64,000 bases of DNA, taken from positions 32,001-96,000 of the forward strand of contig CBDHDG010000005.1 of NCBI GenBank assembly GCA_965261595.1, in the 5' to 3' direction. Every line of letters starts with the position of its first letter. Within the stretch, counting starts at the first letter, position 1. This document shows positions 44,905 to 55,459 of this stretch, one piece after another. This stretch comes from a bacterium. GTDB lineage: Bacteria > UBA8248 > JACPRG01 > G963555815. The position numbers and the translations under genes are program-made. The notes beneath the pieces are model-generated. The model had not been told where the DNA came from and ran no database searches. It was given only the letters and a program-made list of their open reading frames with translations.

Positions 44905-46599
44905 CCCGCATTTCCCATATGGATGATAATTTTTAACGCCCCGAAGGCCGTTTTCTCGTGTAAAATCAAGGTGTTGGCCTCTCCCTGCCATCATCTTGCG
45001 AGGGGACCCGATGGGTGAAGCGAAAAAGAGGCCGTTGAGGCTCCAATTCGACGGTCGGCTCAGGCTGGAGTTTCACGGAGCAAAGGTTACGAGTGACGCC
45101 GGTTTGCTTGCCTATCGTGAACTGGATGAGGTGTTGGGGCTGACGAAGGCGGCCGAGGGGTTTCTGTCCGATTCACGGACGGGCGGGAACACCCGGCACA
45201 GCCTCACCGCTTTGGTGCGCCAGTCGGTCTACAGCCGCCTGGCAGGATATAAAGACACCAATGATGCCGAGCGGCTCTGTGTCGATCCCGCCATGCGTCA
45301 GGTGGTTGGGGGGCGAGCGAAGTATCACACCGCTGCCTCCACCAGCCAGATGAGCCGATTCGAGACGCAGACCCTCACCCGGCCCCTTAACCCCTCAAGG
45401 CGCTGAGCGGTCTGCCCGGTGTGTTGGTGGATCGTGTCCGCAAACGCAAGCCGATTCGCAAGCTGATCCTGGACATGGACAGTTCGGTCAGCCCGACCCA
45501 CGGTGAGCAGGAAGGCTCTTCCTACAACGGCCACTTCGGCTGCACCTGCTATCACCCACTGTTTTGCTTCAACCAGTTTGGCGATCTGGAGCGGGCGCTG
45601 TTGCGCAACGGCAAGGTCCACAGCGCTGATGACTGGTGGTCTGTATTGGAGCCGGTGGTAGCTCGCTACCGGGATGCGAAGGTCTGTCGGTTTTTTCGAG
45701 GCGACGCGGCATTTGCCAAGCCGGAGGTGTACCGATACCTTGAGGCGGAGGGCTACTCCTATGCGATTCGGCTTCCGGCCAACGCCATCTTGTACAGGGA
45801 CATCGAATGCCTTCTGACCCGGCCGGTTGGCCGACCGCCCAAAAGGCCCATTATCTTCTACCACAGCGTCTCCTATCAGGCGGCTAGTTGGGAGAAGCCT
45901 CGCCGGGTGGTGGTGGCGGTCGAGTGGCACCAGGGCGAGTTGTTTCCAAGAGTCAGCTTCATCGTGACCAACCTGCACTGGCGGGAAGAGAACGTCGTGA
46001 GGTTCTACAACCAGCGTGGGACGGCGGAGCAGTGGATCAAGGAGGGCAAGTACGCCCTGAACTGGACGCGCCTGTCCTGCCACGGCTTTGAAGAGAACCA
46101 GGTCCGCTTGCAACTATTTGCCTTGGCGTACAACCTGGCAAACTTCCTGCGGCGGCTGGCGTTGCCCAGAGCGGTGAAGCACTGGTCGCTGACGACGTTA
46201 CGCGAGAAGCTGATTAAGATTGGGGCCAAGGTGGTCACCCACGCCCGGCACACCACCTTCCAGATGGCCGAGGTGGCCGTGCCGCGTCAACTGTTCAGGG
46301 CAATCCTTGAACGAATTCGACGGTTGTGGTTACCGCCTCCCGTACCAGATACCGGATGACGGAGCAGATGGCCCGGAAGCTTAGTGACGTGGTGGAGACG
46401 GGGGATCAGTCTGTGCCGAACTCCCCTGAGTGTGCCGGTAGAGCTGGGTTTTCAAGGGATTGCGGCTTTAGGACGGCCGTTGCCCCTCGATTGAGCAGAG
46501 GGTTCTGCAAAGAGACCCTGAATCTGTAGTAAAATGGGGTACTTTGATGACACAGGAGGACCGCAGGATGGCTAAGAGTGGTCATCTGGGAAATCCCGG
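44905..46599 (+). mobile_element. IS1380-family element, full length, frameshift near 45390
   Basis: IRL CCCGCATTTCCCATAT, IRR ATCTGGGAAATCCCGG; transposase split into two ORFs. Confidence 0.92.
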
Positions 46600-46816
46600 T
46601 TTAAATCAAGACAACTCTTGTATTGACCACCCGTTGCTCTTTAACTCAATTAGAGCCCTCTTTACCGGGGCTGTCAACACCATTTCGGGCGCCTGAAACC
46701 CTGATCGGAGCGGTATCCGCCATTGGAAAACCATGTCAGCGCCGGCGTGTAAACGGGCTTGACCACCAGGTTTGGAGTCTTCGTCATTTTGCCCTTGTGT
46801 GGACTCCGCTTAGGGT

Positions 46817-47208
46817 CGCTAGACAGGCACCGGGCATCATCGCTTGATTCTCTCCAAGATAAGGGCAAATGTCTTCCTGGATACACCGACCTCGGCCAAC
46901 TGGAAGGTGATGTGGCGGGCGTACCGCACGAGCCGGCCGCCCATTTTGAGGAGCTTAAGCTGAAGGCCGCGTAACGACCAGTGCTTGATCCCTCTCGGCA
47001 GGCCAGCAATCCCGCATCCGAAGTCATTCTGGTTCCGTGAAACTCAAGCCTCAGCCGACGCTCAAAACGGACCTTCAACGCCCACTTTTTCGCTTCACCC
47101 ATTGGATTACCCCGCGAGAGGATGGCTCGGGGAGGCTCATGCATTGATTTTACTCCAGAAAATGTCCTCCGGTCCGACAAAAGTTATGATCCATATGGGA
47201 TATCTGGG
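46817..47208 (-). mobile_element. Internally deleted IS1380 derivative
   Basis: IRL-like CCCAGATATCCCATAT; the N-terminus ([10 protein letters not shown]) is joined at ~46995 directly to the C-terminus (KHWSLRGLQLKLLKMG...). Confidence 0.8.
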
Positions 47209-47408
47209 ATAATGTTAGCATTATGCGCATTCTGACTCTACCAGGGCCCAAAGGGGAATTGCGTCTCCAACGGTCGGGGAAGGCCGCTCACTCTCGCTCT
47301 CGAGGGGGACGGAAAAGGGAGGATGTCACAATGTACCGAAAGATCATGACCGTTTTGCTGGCTTTAGGTTTTCTGGGTAAATAAGGGTTTGGGACAAAGG
47401 AGATAGTT

Positions 47409-47639
47409 ATGTCGAAGGTACTTTTGAGTCTTGTCCTGCTTGGTGTCGTAGGCCTTACTGGTTGTGCCAGTAAAGCCGGTCCCTTTGTTACGAACATTAG
47501 TAGCGATGGGCGCGGCGGGATTGTCATAGAGAAATGCATGGTGCGCCTGGATCGGACGATCAATACAGTAGAGGCGTCGGATTGCACCAACACGAGCATC
47601 CGATTGACGCGCCCACCAGAAACTGGAAAGCAACCCTAG
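47409..47639 (+). CDS. Small lipoprotein (76 aa)
   Basis: AAGGAG RBS, hydrophobic signal peptide, lipobox LTGC, two further Cys. Confidence 0.75.
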   Translation: MSKVLLSLVLLGVVGLTGCASKAGPFVTNISSDGRGGIVIEKCMVRLDRTINTVEASDCTNTSIRLTRPPETGKQP

Positions 47640-48839
47640 CCTAGATGTAGGTCCACGGCCAGCTCGTTTTCTGGTTCGCCGCCAGTTGGTTGAATTTCAG
47701 GAAGCGGCCCCTGCGCCCGTTCGTACTTCAAGGGCAACGGCCCCTGCCGCCGCCGGCGCGCCACGTCCCTGAGCAAGTCCCTGACGGACCGGACAGCCTC
47801 AAACGCTTCCCGTTCTTCCTGGTGACGCTCACGCTTCCGCTCACAGGCACCCTCCGTCCCCAGCTCAACCGTCAGGGTGTCCAAGTCGCGCACCAAGGCC
47901 TTGAGCCGCCTACCGTCCCGTTTCACCAGGCCAACAGCCTCGAGGGCCAGGACGTTCTTTCGTTCTGTGTCCCGACACCGCCCCGTAAGACGGGCCAGGG
48001 CCGCCAGGCTTCGCACTTCACCCTCATTCAAGAGCGTGTCCCACGTACTTTCAGCACTTCGCGGTAACCTCTCCCGAAAAGCGTCGTGCCGCCCACACCG
48101 CCGAATAGTGGGACAGTCTTGCCTCACGTTTTTTGGGGTATTAGGGGTTGTCTTTGGGGTATATTCCTCAAACTTCTTCCTTATTAGGCCTAGATCGTGC
48201 TGAAGAGAGTCTATGACAAATGGCCGACTACGTACCTCCGCAACGAATATGGTACTTCTTCTATCTTTCGAAAACCAAACCCCGTCATGTCTCTGCAATT
48301 CATTGCCAACGCTCATATTCTTCATCACCTGTAAGAACTCTCCACTTGGATCGTTGGCAAAGTAACGCTTCTGGAGTATTCCGCGAGATGACGATAACCC
48401 CTTAACCTGTCTTTCCAAGGATTCCCGTAACCCCCTCGCAGTAAAGCTCCCTCCTTTAACACCGGGACTGAGGAGATAACGATTCCTAAAGAGAAAAGAT
48501 ATGTCGTCTTGGATGAACCCAGCCTCACCGTTGAGGATTTGTACAAACCGACCGCTCGCCATCAGATCCCTAGCCATTCTTTTATTCAATCTCGCGAGCG
48601 ATTCCGCATTATCCTCATTCATTGATACCAACATTGTCCTTGACCCATTACCTTCTCTAAGTAGCAACAATAATAGCCTGTCTTGAGCGTTCGAACCATT
48701 TGGCAGAAATATAGAAAAATCGGTCACTATTTTACCTTTCATCACAACTCCCCATCCAGCTAAACCGATAAAGCCAAGCCACAATAATATAATAAGCTTT
48801 CTTTCTGACCCTCTTTTACTCATTACTTAAATTCATTAT

Positions 48840-49400
48840 AGTCCGATCTCCAGTCCTTTCTATGTACTGGAATTCTCAATTTTCACATTAGCCCCCATGA
48901 GAAATATTGTCTTTAAGAAGAGATTCAATCTCCAACTCTTTGGGGGTATGTTTATTTCCCCCAATCAAAAGATCCAGCTATTTCCTATTTATAATTACGC
49001 TGAAGGGCCTCTAAATCGCCATCTATTGTCTTTAGCAAGCCCTCCACTGCACCTTTTATAGGAGGCAAGGATTTAAGATTTTGTTTATCTGACCTTTCAT
49101 CATTCTCGATTACTACCTCCCTTTCTAAGATCGTTACCTCCCCCTTATACGGTTTAACCGTCATCTTAGTAATCTTTCCAGATGCCTTATAAGTTAGTGT
49201 CCCTTGAATCATGAGTGCCTTATCAAGGGCAGAAAGGTATCTCATTTCAAGAAAGTTAGCTTCTTCACATCTTAGCTTGGGACAACTCTGTCCGAAATAT
49301 GCCTAAAGTGATTGCCATGGTGTGATTTGATTGGCGACGGCCCCTCTCGGCAACATTAACGACCGATTAGAAAAGCGGCATCCTAATTCCAGATAGGTCA
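48840..49400 (-). pseudogene. LolA-like lipoprotein-carrier protein (aryl-polyene cluster type), degraded
   Basis: FLEMRYLSALDKALMIQGTLTY...GDLEALQRNY then an internal stop at 48985; position fits the cluster order. Boundaries approximate. Confidence 0.55.
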
Positions 49401-49433
49401 AATACCATCTTTGTATGAGCATGGGATCTCCCT

Positions 49434-50323
49434 CTATTCTTTCCAAAACTTGTAGAAATTGAACCAGTTATAGGGAGCCATACGGCAATATTCTTCAAGT
49501 CTCCGGACATATTGCCGAACAAGAGCCGCGAATTCAACCTCACGCATCCCCTTAAGCTTCTGAGGTTCATTCACTAAGGGTTCAAAATAGATTTTATAGC
49601 GATTTCCACCCATATAAAGTCCGAAGAATATAAAGATTGGTAAGCGTAGAGTGGAGGCTAGTCGGTAGGGGGAGACAGGAAAGGATGTCGGACTCCCGAG
49701 GAATTCCAATTCTATAGTGTCACGATCATTAAAGACCCGATCTCCAAGAATTCCAACAATGCCCCCTCCCGTCGAATCTCCGTTAACCCGAGGAGAGAAT
49801 TTGCTGTTCCAATCGGGATTATTTGCTCTGCCATCTCTGCATTAAAACCTTCCAAGCGGCGGGATATCTTTCTTGCTTCGTCTTCAACCATAAGCATATA
49901 GATCTTGATATTCTGCCTTGTCATTCCAAGTACTCGCACAATCTCGAAGCTTCCAAGATGGGACCCCAACAAAATACATCCGCCAGATTCTTTGAGACAC
50001 TCAAATAATGCCTCCTCTCCTTCAGTTGTCACCTGAAACTCCTTGTATCTGCCACTCCAAAAGAATATCCGATCTAGAATTGTACTTCCAAACGTATGAA
50101 AATGGCGATACAAGTGCGTACATCCAATTGATTCCCCGAGGACTTTGTAAAGGAATTCCCGTGACGCCTGACGCGCTTTCCTTTCCAGGATGAGGTAATA
50201 GAATACTATGAATGGCAGGAAGGCTCGGGAAGCATTGCGCCCAAATGTGAGACTGAGGCACGCATAGAGGCGCATTAATATAGAACTGCCCCGCTCCCGC
50301 TGATTTATCCAGGCTTTAGCCAT
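49434..50323 (-). pseudogene. LpxL-like acyltransferase, frameshifted near 49770
   Basis: Motifs WINQRERG, LLGSHLGSFE, EFLG..FP..P, LE..C..APYNWFNFYKFW. Confidence 0.82.
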
Positions 50324-50663
50324 GGGTTCTAGAGTCCAGGTTCTGATTCTTTCCATAGCGACAAATCGCTACAAAAATCTTGCTATTATTAACCAAACCC
50401 TCAATCCGAACAATCGAATCTGTCAGTTGAGTAATACTTAGATCTACGGTTTCATCCGGGCGCAATGGTCGGACGAACTTTGCAGATTCAAGGACTGGAA
50501 GGTGGGGGTCGAATTCTCCTCCTTTCTCTAGGCGAACAATGATTTCGTCAAGAATTACTGCACCTGGGACAAGGGGATTCTCTGGGAAGTGACCAGAAAG
50601 AGAGGCATGACTAGAGGAAATACGAATACTGGAATTCGTTGAGTTATCCCGCCTCGGTCTCAT
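50316..50663 (-). CDS. FabZ/hot-dog-fold dehydratase (ApeI-like)
   Basis: Motifs H.SLSGHFPENPLVPGAVILD and KFVRPLRP. Confidence 0.8.
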   Translation of the reverse strand: MRPRRDNSTNSSIRISSSHASLSGHFPENPLVPGAVILDEIIVRLEKGGEFDPHLPVLESAKFVRPLRPDETVDLSITQLTDSIVRIEGLVNNSKIFVAICRYGKNQNLDSRTHG

Positions 50664-50678
50664 CGCTAGAAAGCTCGC

Positions 50679-51545
50679 TCATGGGGCGCTGTTGATTAGC
50701 TTTAATAGCTCGTCACGGGAGATCTTACCGGTTTCATTCATAGGTAAGGAGTCGATAAAGTATATCCGACGAGGGATAAACGCGGCGTCGAGCCTATTGG
50801 ATAGTGCTTCTATAATGGTGCTGGGCGCTACATTTGGCGCTACAACCACTGCCTCAAGCCGCCCTAACTCTCGATAATCCGAGCGTTGTTGAATAAAGCA
50901 CCCATCCTGGACTCCAGGAATCTCGTTTAGATGGCAGTTAAGATTTCCTAACGATTCCCTTTTGCCTGCGATCCTAATCATGGAGGACAGGCGGTCTCCT
51001 AACAGGAGGGTCTTCTCTGATTTCGGCTCAATATTATCCATCAACGGAATTGTTTCCGGGAGGTATGGAGCTTGAACAACACATCGGTCTCCATCTCCCA
51101 GGATCCGTACGTCATCAAGGAGATGCCACAATTTCCCATCCGAGGTCCTGCGGACCGCGAGTGATCCTGCTTCAGTACATCCATATATTTCGTAAACATT
51201 CGTATTGAACTGGGTTTCAGCTTTTCGGGACAAATCAAGACTAAGATGATCGGTCGCGGAGATGACAATTTCCAGATCAGGTAGAGGGAGTTTCGCCTTT
51301 AAAAGGATGTTTAAATAATGCGGCGTCGTTACAAATACCCGTGGTGGAGGTATATGGGAGAGAGCCTTTTGGACATCTTTTGGGTAGTAAGGGCGCTTAA
51401 AATAAAAGGTAGATCCTGTTTGCAAAGGAAGCATTATGCCAACTTCCAATCCATACATATGCTGAGCAGGGACTGTTGCGATGTAGTTATAACGCAGTGT
51501 CTGATTCAACTGCAACGATTCTGCTGTGCTCTTTGCTACCTGGAC
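50679..51545 (-). pseudogene. AMP-binding acyl-CoA/ACP synthetase (ApeH/XanA2-like), 5'-truncated by IS3-B
   Basis: Motifs ATVPAQHMYGLE, VTTPH, EIYGCTEAG, IAGKRESL, LPMNETGKI. Confidence 0.82.
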
Positions 51546-52805
51546 TGGAGTTGACCCGGTTTGGTGGACACCTGATGATTTGGGGGTAAAGGAGGTGTTC
51601 ACGATGCCACAGACTCACCCACGCTATCCAATGGAGTTCCGCTGCCAGATGGTAGAGTTGGTCCGGGCGGGACGTACGCCCGAGGCGCTGGCGCACGAGT
51701 TCGAGCCCTCGGCGCAGACGATCCGCACCTGGGCCCATCAAGCCGACGTTGACGAGTGGCGTCGCAAAGACGGGCTCACGAGCGATGAGCGGGAGGAGTT
51801 GCGCCGACTTCGCCGCGAGAACCGACAGCTCCGCCAGGAGCGGGAGATCTTAGCAAAAGCCGCGGCCTGGTTTGCTCGGGAGACCGATTCGATCCCGTCC
51901 GGATCTACGGGTTCGTGAGGGCGAACCAGGCCATGTATCGGACCGCCACCATGTGCCGGGTGCTGGGCGTCTCCTCCAGCGGCTACTACGCGTGGCGCAG
52001 GCGCGCGCCGTGTGCCCGCTCGTGTGCCGATCGGGCGCTCACCAAACGCATTCAGGCGATCCACGAGCGTTCTCGGGGGACTTACGGCGTGCCGCGCGTC
52101 CATGCCGAGCTGGAGGCTGAGGGAGTGCGTGTGGGCCGCAAGCGCGTCGCCAGGCTGATACGTGGGGCGGGACTTGCGGGCGTCAGTCGGCGCAAGGGAG
52201 CGCGCACGACGCAGCGCCGGCAGGAGGCGCGGCCGGCCCCTGATCTGGTGGACCGCAACTTCACGGCCGAGGCCCCCGACCGGCTGTGGGTGGCCGACAT
52301 CACCTACGTTCCGACATGGGCGGGGTTTTTGTATCTGGCCGTGGCGCTCGATGCGTTCAGCCGGCGCATCGTGGGGTGGTCGATGGCCACACACCTGCGG
52401 GCCGAGTTGGTGCTCGACGCGCTCGACATGGCGCTGTATAAGCGCCGTCCCCGGGCCGTCATCCACCACTCCGACCAGGGCACGCAGTACACCTCGGTCG
52501 CCTTTGGGCAGCGCTGCCGGCAGGCGGGCGTGCGTCCCTCCATGGGTTCGGTCGGGGACTGCTACGACAACGCGCTGTGTGAGAGCTTTTTCGCCACGCT
52601 GGAGTGCGAGCTCCTCGCTCGCCACAGTTTCCGCACCCGGGCCGAGGCGCGCATGGAGGTGTTCGGGTTCATCGAGGGCTTCTACAACCCGCATCGTCGG
52701 CACTCCTCCATCGACAACCTGTCACCCGTTAACTACGAAAGGAGACAACAACGCACACCCTGAAAACCCAAGTGCTTAACTCTCCACGAAACCGGGGTAA
52801 GTCCA
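51546..52805 (+). mobile_element. IS3-family element B, copy 3 (1260 bp)
   Basis: Near-identical to 37498-38757, in inverted orientation; no TSD. Confidence 0.95.
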
Positions 52806-53184
52806 GTCCGGCTGGAAGACCTAGCTAGAGACACTTCCGGATCGTGACCGACCTGGGACCGCGTGAGGTTCCGAAGCGGAGAGAAAAGGGGCCCCGGACA
52901 GGGGGGTCGATGGGTTGCCGCTGTTCGAACAAGAAGACGAACAGCAATTGAGGGACGAACCCGAAAGCCGTTAAGCGGAGAGCCAGGGAGAGCTGTACCC
53001 TCCGGGGTGCGGGGAAGGCGAGTTCTGCGGTAAACGGTGCCAAGCGTCAGGTGTCTGTTTTAGTGTCTATTGGAGGTGCAAAAGCACCCTTATTCATACA
53101 AAATGACACAAAGGGCAGATTGCCGAAAATCCTTGTCCTGTCTACGATTGTGCCTATTGACGCGGATTTCCGGGAGCGTTCAGG

Positions 53185-53229
53185 ATGGATTTTCAGTCCA
53201 CTGCTCTACCGACTGAGCTACCCCGGCAC
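53185..53229 (-). repeat. att repeat: displaced 5' half of tRNA-Phe
   Basis: Identical to 32763-32807 (positions -2 to 43 of the tRNA); no T-arm or CCA follows. Confidence 0.95.
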
Positions 53230-53322
53230 ACACCCTTCAAGTGCGCGTCCCGCCCTTTCGGCTCTCGCAAGGCAGGGAACAAGCACATTCTCCATTCCCC
53301 GATGGGGTTGCCGAAACACCGG

Positions 53323-53350
53323 ATTCTATCACAAACACCTTATTACGCAA
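53323..53350 (-). promoter_or_regulatory. Putative native tRNA-Phe promoter
   Basis: Minus strand TTGCGT-16 nt-TAGAAT with an extended TG, ~95 nt upstream of the tRNA 5' half. Confidence 0.55.
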
Positions 53351-53680
53351 TTCGGCCGGATGGCGCAAGAAAAGGTGACTCCGGGGTGGGTTGATTGGGA
53401 CCATAACGCTTGGCTTCACCCCCGAATTGTGGATGATCCGCATGCCCGCACAGGAGACGGGGGAGGAAGCCGCGGCCGGTCCCGGCGACTGGGTGCATGC
53501 GCCCGTGGTTGAAGGTTCATGGACGGATTTTGAAAGCGTTTACGTTTCGGCCCCCTCTGAAGAAGTGGATCCGAAGAAAATATTGTATGCTTCCAAGACG
53601 CTTGCCGGAGTGACGGTTCAAATGGAGGATGACGCCCCAATTTTTTCTGCGCGGTCGTTCTCGATGGAGGCCAGACGAAG

Positions 53681-54697
53681 ATCACCTCGAATCCGAAACT
53701 CCTCCCCGGCAAACTGCCCCCGGAGCTTCTGAGCCGGATCCTGGCGGCCGGGCCCGTTGAAGACCCCCGTGTCGTCGCGGGTCCCGCCGTAGGCTGGGAC
53801 GCCGCCGTCCTCGATTTCGGCGACCGCTATCTGATCGCCAAGACCGATCCCATCACACACGCCACGGATGAGATCGGCTGGTTCGCCGTCCACGTCAACG
53901 CCAACGACATCGCCTGCCTGGGGGGCGTGCCGAGGTGGTTCCTGGCCTCGCTGCTTCTCCCCGAGGCGTCGGCCGACAAAGGGCTGGCCGAGCGGATCTT
54001 TGCCGACATCCGGCGGGGGTGCGCGGAGATCGGTGTCTCGCTTGTCGGGGGCCACACGGAGATCACCTTCGACCTTCCGCGTCCGGTGGTGGCCGGGACG
54101 ATGCTCGGCGAGGTGGAGCGGCGCAGGCTTGTCACGCCTGAAGGGGCGAAAGCCGGGGACGCCGTCGTCCTGACCAAAGGGATCCCGCTGGAGGCCGTGG
54201 CCATCATGGCCCGGGAGCGGCGGGAGGACCTGGCTCGGGTCTTCGGAAGCGAGGTGGTGGACGCCGCCGCGCGGCTCCTCTACGAGCCGGGCATCAGCGT
54301 CGTCCGCGACGCCCGCATCGCCTGTGACGCCGTCTCGGTCCACGCCATGCACGACCCGACCGAAGGGGGGCTCGCCACGGCGGTCAACGAGCTGTCGCGC
54401 GCGACGGGGCTGGGCGTCCTCATCGAGGCGGAGAAAATTCCCGTCCTGGAGGCGGGGAGGATGTTTTGCGACCACCTGGGGTTGGATCCCCTGGGGGCGT
54501 TTGCGTCGGGCGCGCTGCTCATCTGTGTGGACCCGGCCGACGTCAAGACGCTTCTTGCCGCCTTGGGGGAAGCCGGAATCCCGGCCGAGGCCATCGGCGA
54601 GATGCGGCCGGAAGGCGAAGGGGTTCGGATGTTGAAGGACGGCCGAAAAACGGAAATCCCCGTATTCAACATGGACGAGATAGGGAAGATTTTTTAA
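53681..54697 (+). CDS. AIR synthase-related (HypE/PurM-like) protein; start codon non-standard
   Basis: Motifs GKLPPELL, GPAVGWDAAV, KTDPIT, VNANDIA, VGGHTE, AMHDPTEGG, DEI. No ATG/GTG/TTG between the TGA at 53630 and GKLP. Confidence 0.85.
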   Translation: MTSNPKLLPGKLPPELLSRILAAGPVEDPRVVAGPAVGWDAAVLDFGDRYLIAKTDPITHATDEIGWFAVHVNANDIACLGGVPRWFLASLLLPEASADKGLAERIFADIRRGCAEIGVSLVGGHTEITFDLPRPVVAGTMLGEVERRRLVTPEGAKAGDAVVLTKGIPLEAVAIMARERREDLARVFGSEVVDAAARLLYEPGISVVRDARIACDAVSVHAMHDPTEGGLATAVNELSRATGLGVLIEAEKIPVLEAGRMFCDHLGLDPLGAFASGALLICVDPADVKTLLAALGEAGIPAEAIGEMRPEGEGVRMLKDGRKTEIPVFNMDEIGKIF

Positions 54698-54767
54698 ATC
54701 GGGATGGCGGGCTTGCGGCCGGAAAGCCGCCTGGCCCGGCGGACCCGCCAAGCGCCGGAGAGAGGTC

Positions 54768-55373
54768 TTGATGTCAGGTCAATACCGCGGGGTGCTCTTC
54801 GATTTCGACGGCACCCTCACGAAACCCTTTTTCGACTGGATTCGGATGAGGGACGAGATGGGGTTCGAGACGGACTTGGACATCCTGGATTATCTGTCCA
54901 GGGCGGAAGGGGCCGAGCGCTCGCGCGTCGAGGAGATCTTGTTCCGTCATGAGGCCGCCGCTTCGGAGGGGGCGGAATTGGCCGAAGGCGTCGAGCCGGT
55001 CTTGGGGCTTCTGGCCTCCCGGTCCGTGCCCGTGGGGATTGTTACGAACAATACCTACCCCAACGTCGAGCCGGTCCTGGAGCGGTTCGGCCTCGAGTTT
55101 CGGGCGGTTGTGACAAGGGATATCGGTGTGTGGAAACCCGACCCCAGGCAGGTGGAAGCCGGGTGCAGGGCCCTGGGGCTTCCGGCGTCTCGGGTGATTT
55201 TCATCGGGGATGGCCGGTACGACATGATGGCCGGCCGAGAGGCGGGAACGCTCAACATCGGCCTGCTGAATACGACCCAGAAGCGGACGGAATTCATCCG
55301 GTTGTGTGATCACGCCGTCGAGAACCTTCACGAAGCCATCCCCCTGTTGGAGGGTCTTCTCGCGAAGGAATGA
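54768..55373 (+). CDS. HAD-family hydrolase
   Basis: Motifs FDFDGTL, IVTNN, KPDP, FIGDGRYD. Confidence 0.9.
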   Translation: MMSGQYRGVLFDFDGTLTKPFFDWIRMRDEMGFETDLDILDYLSRAEGAERSRVEEILFRHEAAASEGAELAEGVEPVLGLLASRSVPVGIVTNNTYPNVEPVLERFGLEFRAVVTRDIGVWKPDPRQVEAGCRALGLPASRVIFIGDGRYDMMAGREAGTLNIGLLNTTQKRTEFIRLCDHAVENLHEAIPLLEGLLAKE

Positions 55374-55459
55374 TCCGCCGGGATTCCTTCAACCCGTAGA
55401 AAGGTTTTCCGGACGGATGGGATGACCGGGTTCAAGCCTCGGCCGGGTTGGCGGCCGGC

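Larger units (their letters stand above)
38758..48823 (-). pseudogene. MMPL/RND-type exporter (aryl-polyene/xanthomonadin-cluster type) in three pieces, 3'-truncated
   Basis: 48823-48160, 42267-42195 and 39523-38758 join in frame (FEEY|KDRKMTLFVTG...IIR|DDALLF); motifs HGITLSFG and GIGVDYPIH. Confidence 0.85.
32763..53229 (-). mobile_element. ~20.4-kb integrative element (P4/PICI-like backbone) inserted at tRNA-Phe
   Basis: 45-bp direct repeats at 32763-32807 and 53185-53229; integrase next to the tRNA; RHH, primase and excisionase genes. Confidence 0.9.

Noticed and set aside
47636..48823. 395-aa ORF as a novel MMPL-HTH fusion
   Set aside because: Chance in-frame join created by the insertion at 48160.
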